Below, piece by piece: positions 34,690 to 40,082 of a stretch of DNA of 40,082 bases. Below the pieces are notes generated by a model that was given only the letters and a program-made list of their open reading frames with translations, was not told the DNA's origin and did no database searches. Origin of the DNA: a virus (Duplodnaviria; Caudoviricetes); IMG/VR virus record IMGVR_UViG_3300030104_001138, positions 1 through 40,082 of that record. One strand, 5' to 3'. Position 1 is the stretch's first letter; the number at the start of each line of letters is the position of its first letter. The translations under genes and the position numbers were made by a program.

Positions 34690-34964
34690 TGGCTAAAGAT
34701 AAATTTCTCAACATTGAAATAGAAGAACCACCTGTAGAGTTGCAGCTATCTGTGGAAATGCGTGTTAGAGAAGTTGAAAAAAGTGATGATTACGATGGAG
34801 TGAAAAGGTATTGTACACATTTAATACGGCATCAAATGAAACAAGATGTCTTTTTAGCAAGTTTATTAGGAAGAGTAGTAGAACTAGAGTGTTTATTGAG
34901 CAAAAAACAATTAAGAGAAGAACGTAAAACTATGGACAGAATTAAAAAATTCTTTCATAATTAA
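34689..34964 (+). CDS. Hypothetical protein, 91 aa
   Basis: ORF track; ATG overlaps the upstream TGA. Confidence 0.7.
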   Translation: MAKDKFLNIEIEEPPVELQLSVEMRVREVEKSDDYDGVKRYCTHLIRHQMKQDVFLASLLGRVVELECLLSKKQLREERKTMDRIKKFFHN

Positions 34965-34986
34965 AAAGACATTTAAGGAGATTACT

Positions 34987-35046
34987 ATGCCAAAAGGTAA
35001 AGGTACTTACGGAACTAAAGTTGGTAGACCACCAAAAAAAAAGTAA
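34987..35046 (+). CDS. 19-aa basic micropeptide MPKGKGTYGTKVGRPPKKK
   Basis: TAAGGAG RBS 6 nt upstream; AT-hook-like GRP core; last gene before the terminator. Confidence 0.65.
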   Translation: MPKGKGTYGTKVGRPPKKK

Positions 35047-35064
35047 GTTAATTTAAATCCTAAA

Positions 35065-35116
35065 AATATATAACCCTAGATTGATAACAACTTGTGTCTT
35101 TCTAGGGTTTTATATT
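35065..35116. terminator. Hairpin between the converging late and early transcription units (probable bidirectional terminator)
   Basis: AACCCTAGA(35072-80)...TCTAGGGTT(35101-09) inverted repeat with A/T-rich flanks. Confidence 0.6.
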
Positions 35117-35122
35117 GTCCAC

Positions 35123-35446
35123 CTAAAAAGGTATTTCATCTGTTGTTACTTTGGAATAACTGTTTAAATCATCATTGCCCTTATACGTTGGTGTATTAGG
35201 TGCTGGTTTTCCCGGTTGGTAATTATTATCCGCATCAAACATAGTTACCATTACTGCTGATGGATTTGGTTTGTCACTAAAATCAGGTAGCCCTGCTAAA
35301 TTTACCCATCTATCAATAAGCATAAACTGTTTGCCTTGGTCATTTTCCATAATGACTCCAATGTTTTGCCAGTTTGCTTTGGGATTACCATCCCTATCTT
35401 TGTACTCTCGTGTCTTGACGGATAGGTTTTTGATTTTTCGTGCCAT
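35123..35446 (-). CDS. Probable single-stranded DNA-binding protein
   Basis: AGGAG RBS before MARKIK; EY-x-D-x-x-G-x-x-K-x-x-W-x-NIG; acidic C-terminal DEIPF typical of SSB tails. Confidence 0.65.
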   Translation of the reverse strand: MARKIKNLSVKTREYKDRDGNPKANWQNIGVIMENDQGKQFMLIDRWVNLAGLPDFSDKPNPSAVMVTMFDADNNYQPGKPAPNTPTYKGNDDLNSYSKVTTDEIPF

Positions 35447-35816
35447 AAGGAATCTCCTGTAGTATGCGTATGCGGACAAAACCACCTAAGTAATTACTAT
35501 CCATTGTTGAAATCACAGTATTAAACCGCTTATCATTTATTTTAAGTGCATCTGCTAAACCATCAATACCTGACTTCATTCTTGCAACAAGATTGTCACG
35601 ATCATAACTTCTTCTGTCTGGTGGTATAAACGTCATTTCTAAAACTAATATTTCTGGTATATTTTCAGTTACCTCTCGATATTTTTTTAACTGTTCTTTC
35701 GATACACTAAAACAATCCTTTCTGTATTGCCTTTTTGCTTTAGCTACTACTGCCCAATGCTTCCTTGCGTTTGGTGATAGATCGGTTGGTGGCCAACCTA
35801 ATACAACCTCAATCAT
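35394..35816 (-). CDS. rusA: RusA-like Holliday junction resolvase / endonuclease
   Basis: WPP-x-x-LSPN, F-x-PPDRR-x-x-D-x-DNL-x-x-x-x-K-x-x-x-DG-x-ADAL-x-x-ND motif. Confidence 0.8.
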   Translation of the reverse strand: MIEVVLGWPPTDLSPNARKHWAVVAKAKRQYRKDCFSVSKEQLKKYREVTENIPEILVLEMTFIPPDRRSYDRDNLVARMKSGIDGLADALKINDKRFNTVISTMDSNYLGGFVRIRILQEIPYGTKNQKPIRQDTRVQR

Positions 35817-35961
35817 TTTCTAACTCCGCAATTGCTTCTGTTAATCGGTCAAAATTAACCGCATAAAATCTTTCATCTAAATCTTCAAACCAAAATTGCC
35901 TGTCTAATTCTGCCAATTGGCATTTGTATTTTGCAATTTTTAAAATAGTTTGCTCTTCCAA
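35809..35961 (-). CDS. Hypothetical protein, 50 aa (TTG start)
   Basis: Read manually; GGAG upstream; stop overlaps the rusA start. Confidence 0.5.
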   Translation of the reverse strand: MEEQTILKIAKYKCQLAELDRQFWFEDLDERFYAVNFDRLTEAIAELEND

Positions 35962-35963
35962 AA

Positions 35964-36044
35964 TTACTTGCTCCATAATTTAATTAATAACTCTAGTTCA
36001 CGAATGCGAGCTTTTGCTGCATTTATTTTTTGTTGTGTAGTCAT
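35964..36044 (-). CDS. Hypothetical peptide, 26 aa (MTTQQKINAAKARIRELELLIKLWSK)
   Basis: ATGA overlap with the dnaC-like stop; coiled-coil-like. Confidence 0.5.
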   Translation of the reverse strand: MTTQQKINAAKARIRELELLIKLWSK

Positions 36045-36820
36045 AAATTTTTTCTGTAAGAATCCCAGTTAAAACCAATTAATGCACCTCCGTTTTCACG
36101 CAGTCTATCCATGACACGCTCGCCAAGGTAGTCCGATAATTGTTCGCTAGGAATATTTGATAATAAAATTGAAGGCTTAAGTTTTTCATAGCGTTCATTT
36201 AGCACATCAAACAACTGTTGTTTTTCAAACTCTGACCCAAACTGCACACCTACCTCATCCAGTATCAACAAATCTGGTGATGCAAATGCATTAATAACAT
36301 CGCTTTCTGTTTCTTCTTTTGTTCTCCAACTATCTTTAACTCTTCTGATTAGACGTTGTACGGTGACAAATACTGGTGACCGTTGTTGTTGCATAATGCT
36401 CAACGCAATGCCTACTGCCAAATGAGTTTTACCTGTACCCACTTTGCCAACAAAGATTGCAGAACGTCCTGTTTTTATTACTTGGTCAAAGTTTTCTGCA
36501 TACTCTTTTGCAAAAGCTAATGCCTTCTTTTGACCACTCGTCTTTGCTACATAGCTATCTAATGTCCGATCTTTAAATCGCTCTGGTATAGCTGCACTAC
36601 CTACTTTGGCTGCCCATCTACGCTGCTCACGTTCTATCTCTGCCTGCTTGTCACGCTTTATTTGTTCCTTCGCTTCTGCATCCCTGCGTTCAATCATGCA
36701 CTTCGGACACTCTGTCCAATGCTCTCCAATGAAGTTTGTTGAAGTATAAGCAACATTATGCTTAGAACAAGTACGTTCCTCTGTTGGCCTGTCTTTGTTA
36801 ATTAAATTTTCTAAACTCAT
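36041..36820 (-). CDS. dnaC: DnaC/IstB-like AAA+ helicase loader
   Basis: C-x-x-H...CPKC, IPERF, Walker A GKVGTGKTHLA, Walker B LLILDEVG, LGERVMDRL. Confidence 0.92.
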   Translation of the reverse strand: MSLENLINKDRPTEERTCSKHNVAYTSTNFIGEHWTECPKCMIERRDAEAKEQIKRDKQAEIEREQRRWAAKVGSAAIPERFKDRTLDSYVAKTSGQKKALAFAKEYAENFDQVIKTGRSAIFVGKVGTGKTHLAVGIALSIMQQQRSPVFVTVQRLIRRVKDSWRTKEETESDVINAFASPDLLILDEVGVQFGSEFEKQQLFDVLNERYEKLKPSILLSNIPSEQLSDYLGERVMDRLRENGGALIGFNWDSYRKNL

Positions 36821-37473
36821 ATCTTTTGCACCCCCTCACCGTAGTTAGTTGTAGCAAATGACTTCTGTTCTTTAGAAATCCAATCACTTTTAAAACTTTG
36901 CCATCCTCTTGCTTGGCACATAATCAAAGCTTCCTCCAAACTAATTGAAGTTTTGCTTACTTCACTCTTGATTCCTTTAAAAGCAGTTTCTGTTAATGGT
37001 GCTTTCTTATTTTTTCTATGAACTAAGAAATCATCCCACGTTTTTTTAGTGACATTTCGTGGACGCTTTAGCGTCTTATTATTATATGTTTCTTGTTTAT
37101 TGTTTATTGTTTCTTGTTTATTGTTTGGTTGAACGGTTGTTGAACTAGCGTTAGACCTAGCAAGAGCAGATGCCTTGCCTGCTCTAATCGCTGACTGTAC
37201 CTTGCTTTGATACTTTTGTATTTCTTCATCAGCCCTTGGATTTGTCCATCCTTTACCAATTTCTAAAACAAAAAATTCATTCAAAACAGTTTCTACTTCT
37301 AGCACGTTATCCCTCATGTTAATCTTTCGTGCAACGATTGCCACATCCTCGTTCAACGTCCGTTCATGTAAGTAGTAGAGGTCTAGCAACCTTCGGTATG
37401 CTAAATCCTCCATGTCAGATAAGTGTTTGGTATGGCTTATGTAATCGCCAATATTGAAGGAGTAAAAATGCAT
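36817..37473 (-). CDS. Replication initiator, YdaU/DUF1376 family
   Basis: MHFYSFNIGDY-x-x-x-T-x-HLS-x-x-E-x-x-AYRRLLDLYY; C-terminal W-x-DF-x-x-HRK-x-KKAPLT...GWQSF; upstream of dnaC. Confidence 0.88.
   Translation of the reverse strand: MHFYSFNIGDYISHTKHLSDMEDLAYRRLLDLYYLHERTLNEDVAIVARKINMRDNVLEVETVLNEFFVLEIGKGWTNPRADEEIQKYQSKVQSAIRAGKASALARSNASSTTVQPNNKQETINNKQETYNNKTLKRPRNVTKKTWDDFLVHRKNKKAPLTETAFKGIKSEVSKTSISLEEALIMCQARGWQSFKSDWISKEQKSFATTNYGEGVQKI
37087..37157. repeat. Iteron-like repeats inside the initiator gene (probable origin of replication)
   Basis: 7-bp tandem TGTTT(A/C)T, five copies plus a partial one (37087-37126), then GTTGAAC/GTTGAAC/GTTAGAC at ~11-bp spacing. Confidence 0.65.
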
Positions 37474-38270
37474 TACTCCTCCTTGCGGTAGTTGTTTAAG
37501 ACTTCTTCTTTGGCCTGTTCTGCACCTGCATCATCCATGCCAATTGAATCTCTTAATCTTGATAATGAATCTTTTGGTTCTGTTGATTGCTTGGCATTTG
37601 GTGTAACGTCTACAAAATTATCATCGTCTATTGATACAACAGAACTGATTGCATCATTCTTTGGTAGGCGTTTTGCAATACGATGAATAACAGTTTTCTT
37701 TGCCATCTGGTCAAACCATTTTACCCAAGGACTATGTGGTGATGAACTAGCTTTAGAAACTTGACGGCATTTATCTATTTCTGCCATGTTCATAACCTCG
37801 TAATATTCACCTTCATTAGTAGTTACAGCAATGGCATAAACACATACAGGTTTACCTCTATCACCAGTAATTAATGGCTTATGAGTTATGTGTTGTTTAG
37901 TTCCTAGCTCGTAATCAAACAAATCATTTTCATAAACGACTTCGGCACATAAAGTTTTTATTAATCCGCTATTGTGTAAGACCTTAATGATTCCTTCGAC
38001 CATAGGAATGTACTGAACTGATTGCCCATACTGAACTGCTGCTGCTTCTTTGCCATCCAAGTACAAACCATCTTGTGCTGCCTTCATAAAGGTTTGCATC
38101 AAACTTGTTTTGTCTGCCTGTAATAGCTTTGGATTTTTATTTAGCGTTAACTTAGCAACACTAATAAATTTGTTTACATCCATTTGCCTTGGCAAAGCTT
38201 CAGTAAATTTGTCTGCCATTTTTTCTAGTGTTCCCTGCATGGCTACAAGTGGTGTGATTGATGAGGTCAT
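37473..38270 (-). CDS. recT: RecT-family ssDNA annealing protein
   Basis: ALP...F...NPKLL-x-AD-x-x-SL...AAQDGL, VVYEND-x-F-x-YELG and PW-x-x-WFDQMAKKTVI-x-R-x-x-K-x-LP motifs. Confidence 0.92.
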   Translation of the reverse strand: MTSSITPLVAMQGTLEKMADKFTEALPRQMDVNKFISVAKLTLNKNPKLLQADKTSLMQTFMKAAQDGLYLDGKEAAAVQYGQSVQYIPMVEGIIKVLHNSGLIKTLCAEVVYENDLFDYELGTKQHITHKPLITGDRGKPVCVYAIAVTTNEGEYYEVMNMAEIDKCRQVSKASSSPHSPWVKWFDQMAKKTVIHRIAKRLPKNDAISSVVSIDDDNFVDVTPNAKQSTEPKDSLSRLRDSIGMDDAGAEQAKEEVLNNYRKEE

Positions 38271-38273
38271 AAT

Positions 38274-39221
38274 TTAAATTCCTTTTGGTTGATTGAAACG
38301 AAACATACGGTAGCTCTTACGAGGATTGATGTATGTACCGACCATTTCTGGTGTGATTAGTTTGCCTTTACTAGCTTTAGACATAGAACAAGATATTGTT
38401 CCGTAGTTAGACATAATCTTGGATGCATTTTGACTTAGCTCTAAAATTTGTGCTTTGACTGCATCCTTTTGTTTGCCTAATGAAACGTATTCTCTGTTGA
38501 TTGCGTTGTAGTCATCAACCAATTTGTCCATGTCTTCATCTGCTTTAAGAACTAAACCATCTTCTGCTTGATTACATAAATTTTTCATTATGTACTGGGC
38601 ATCTCTGGTGTAGTCAATATCAGGAGGAACGCCTAACTTAATTCGTTCCCAAAAATTTTCTACTTTATCTTTTAAGAGTTTTCCAATTCTTGGGTCCCTT
38701 TCACTACGCACAACTTTCATTGTGTTACCACCAACAAGAGCTACTATGTAACCCACGTTGTAACCAGTAATTTCTAACTGATGCTGTAGCTGCAAAGCTA
38801 TATGTTCTGGCGGTTCGATGTTTTCTTCATCATGCTCAATCCAGTTCTTGCGATAGGCCAACCCATCTACATTTTTTATTTCTAAAATTGCAGGTTCTTT
38901 TTCACTTGTAATTTTGTAATCAAAAGAACTGCCCATCCTTGTATCTGGATTACGAAGGTAGACATCAAAAGATTCAACTGACATTTTGTTTCTTTCAGCA
39001 AACTCTAAAGCAATTGAATCTTCTAAACGTCTGCCCCACATCATTCTTTCGTTGTCATCTATGTTGACTACCACCTTATCTTTTTTCTGATGGTAGAGTT
39101 CAAACTCTGTTTGGTATGGGTTGAGATTAAACAATGCTGATACCTCAGTAGAGGTGACATCAAGCAAACGGTTTTCTAACCATGATTGCTTATCTGTAAT
39201 CGGGTACGATTTTGTGGTCAT
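38274..39221 (-). CDS. YqaJ-family (lambda-exonuclease-like) recombination exonuclease
   Basis: WL-x-x-R...STEVSAL-x-x-LNPY, WGRRLE, SSFD, ILEIKN and P-x-x-x-x-LQLQHQL motifs; start at ATG 39221 (MTTKSY); upstream of recT. Confidence 0.9.
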   Translation of the reverse strand: MTTKSYPITDKQSWLENRLLDVTSTEVSALFNLNPYQTEFELYHQKKDKVVVNIDDNERMMWGRRLEDSIALEFAERNKMSVESFDVYLRNPDTRMGSSFDYKITSEKEPAILEIKNVDGLAYRKNWIEHDEENIEPPEHIALQLQHQLEITGYNVGYIVALVGGNTMKVVRSERDPRIGKLLKDKVENFWERIKLGVPPDIDYTRDAQYIMKNLCNQAEDGLVLKADEDMDKLVDDYNAINREYVSLGKQKDAVKAQILELSQNASKIMSNYGTISCSMSKASKGKLITPEMVGTYINPRKSYRMFRFNQPKGI

Positions 39222-39523
39222 AATTCTGGTGTTTGTTGAAAGTTTACATAGTCTTGGTCTGGAACAATTTCCATTTTCCATTTGCCAACGCAATCTTGTC
39301 TGCGACCATATCCCCAATTGGGATTTTCTTTGTCGTATTCATAATCAGTTAGCTTGTATTCTGTTTCTTCTTCAAGACAACCAGACTCCAAGCGTTTACG
39401 GCTGCCTTCTGAAAAACAAGATGAAGGCCACACAGTATTAGTGATAGCCCATCTAATTTCTTTTAGCCTGTCATCAAGTGAGTACTCGCTGTTGGCATAA
39501 AGTTCGATTGTAATTTTTCTCAT
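39218..39523 (-). CDS. Hypothetical protein, 101 aa
   Basis: ORF track; overlaps both neighbours by 4 nt. Confidence 0.7.
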   Translation of the reverse strand: MRKITIELYANSEYSLDDRLKEIRWAITNTVWPSSCFSEGSRKRLESGCLEEETEYKLTDYEYDKENPNWGYGRRQDCVGKWKMEIVPDQDYVNFQQTPEL

Positions 39524-39687
39524 TTGTTTGGAGTATTTAAGATTTTATAGATTTTATCTAGTGTTTGTTGTCCACTAGAAGAAAGGCGATCATAATCCCA
39601 TTGCATATCAATAATTAATTTAATTAATTCATGGCCTTTTTTGTCGCCACTAAAATTTCCTTTCTTTTTTGTTGTTGAAATATACAT
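39520..39687 (-). CDS. Hypothetical protein, 55 aa (...DMQWDYDRLSSSGQQTLDKI...)
   Basis: Read manually; GAGG RBS; ATGA coupling to the next gene. Confidence 0.6.
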   Translation of the reverse strand: MYISTTKKKGNFSGDKKGHELIKLIIDMQWDYDRLSSSGQQTLDKIYKILNTPNK

Positions 39688-39689
39688 TA

Positions 39690-39839
39690 TTAACCTCGGT
39701 CTAAATAGGATTTGTATAAAGGGTGGTCTTGTAATTCACACTCAAGAGCTAACTCTTCATCCCACATTTCTGGAGTGTGGTCGGAATAAGAAAGGCTAGA
39801 CAAAAAGTCTAACCTCTCCAGTTTCTGGTTATCTGTCAT
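39690..39839 (-). CDS. Hypothetical acidic protein, 49 aa (MTDNQKLERLDFL...)
   Basis: Read manually; GGAGG RBS; ATGA coupling with the upstream gene. Confidence 0.6.
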   Translation of the reverse strand: MTDNQKLERLDFLSSLSYSDHTPEMWDEELALECELQDHPLYKSYLDRG

Positions 39840-40082
39840 GCACCCTCCACAAACTCAGGGAACTCTTGAGAAAGTCTGTTCTCAATAGTTTTGTAATCCA
39901 TGTCGAAATCTAAAATCATCTTTTCCCTTTCGGTTTTAAGATTCTCTTTTCTTTCTTTGGTTCTTTTGATCTTGTCTTTTAGATTCTTGATTTCATCAAG
40001 ATAATATTTGACTCGATCATCACAACCTTTAATTGATTCGTCTTTCTGTTCTAGTTGTTTGAAATAACCTTTTGAGTCATAG
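39836..40082 (-). CDS. 3' part of a coiled-coil protein running in from the right edge
   Basis: Open frame YDSKGYFKQLEQKDES...EFPEFVEGA* with no start inside the window. Confidence 0.6.
   Translation of the reverse strand, partial: YDSKGYFKQLEQKDESIKGCDDRVKYYLDEIKNLKDKIKRTKERKENLKTEREKMILDFDMDYKTIENRLSQEFPEFVEGA

Larger units (their letters stand above)
1..40082. mobile_element. Tailed bacteriophage genome segment (BPP-1/epsilon15-like podoviral virion genes plus lambdoid-type replication/recombination genes); probably a marine cyanophage
   Basis: Terminase, portal, capsid, tail tube, ejection and tail-fibre genes in podoviral order, plus RecT/YqaJ/DnaC-like early genes. No host housekeeping genes. 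ORFs run off both edges. Confidence 0.95.

Noticed and set aside
39121-39441. 106-aa + strand ORF, and the N-terminal extensions on ORFs 38274..39317, 35123..35485 and 28021..28476
   Set aside because: The first is an antisense shadow; the extensions overlap upstream genes, and downstream ATGs with RBS or stop-start coupling fit better.
1-40082. Circularity suggested by ATAG at both ends
   Set aside because: Only 4 nt, and joining the ends does not fuse the two truncated ORFs in frame.

Overview
AT-rich, gene-dense ~40 kb stretch of a tailed-phage genome, open at both edges. The virion module is BPP-1/epsilon15-like and podoviral: portal, scaffold, major capsid, cement, tail tube A/B, three ejection proteins including a 2968-aa polyvalent protein, and tail fibres. 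The early module is lambdoid-type: YqaJ exonuclease, RecT, DUF1376 initiator with internal iterons, DnaC-like loader, RusA-like nuclease, SSB-like protein and ArdC. The distal tail-fibre genes and small membrane genes resemble marine cyanophage proteins, so a picocyanobacterial host is inferred but not proven. Main observations: (1) a 133-codon gene with a perfect AGGAGGT RBS is overprinted in the +1 frame over an ADP-ribosyltransferase-like domain of the giant ejection protein, a candidate nested immunity gene. (2) The terL + hydroxylase segment is inverted between 11-bp inverted repeats, and flipping it restores a clean terS-terL-hydroxylase-GNAT operon. (3) A four-copy promoter motif GTGTGACCGTAA-N16-TAnnnT precedes structural gene blocks. 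(4) CCWGG is almost completely avoided. All family assignments come from motif recognition by eye; no database search was run.
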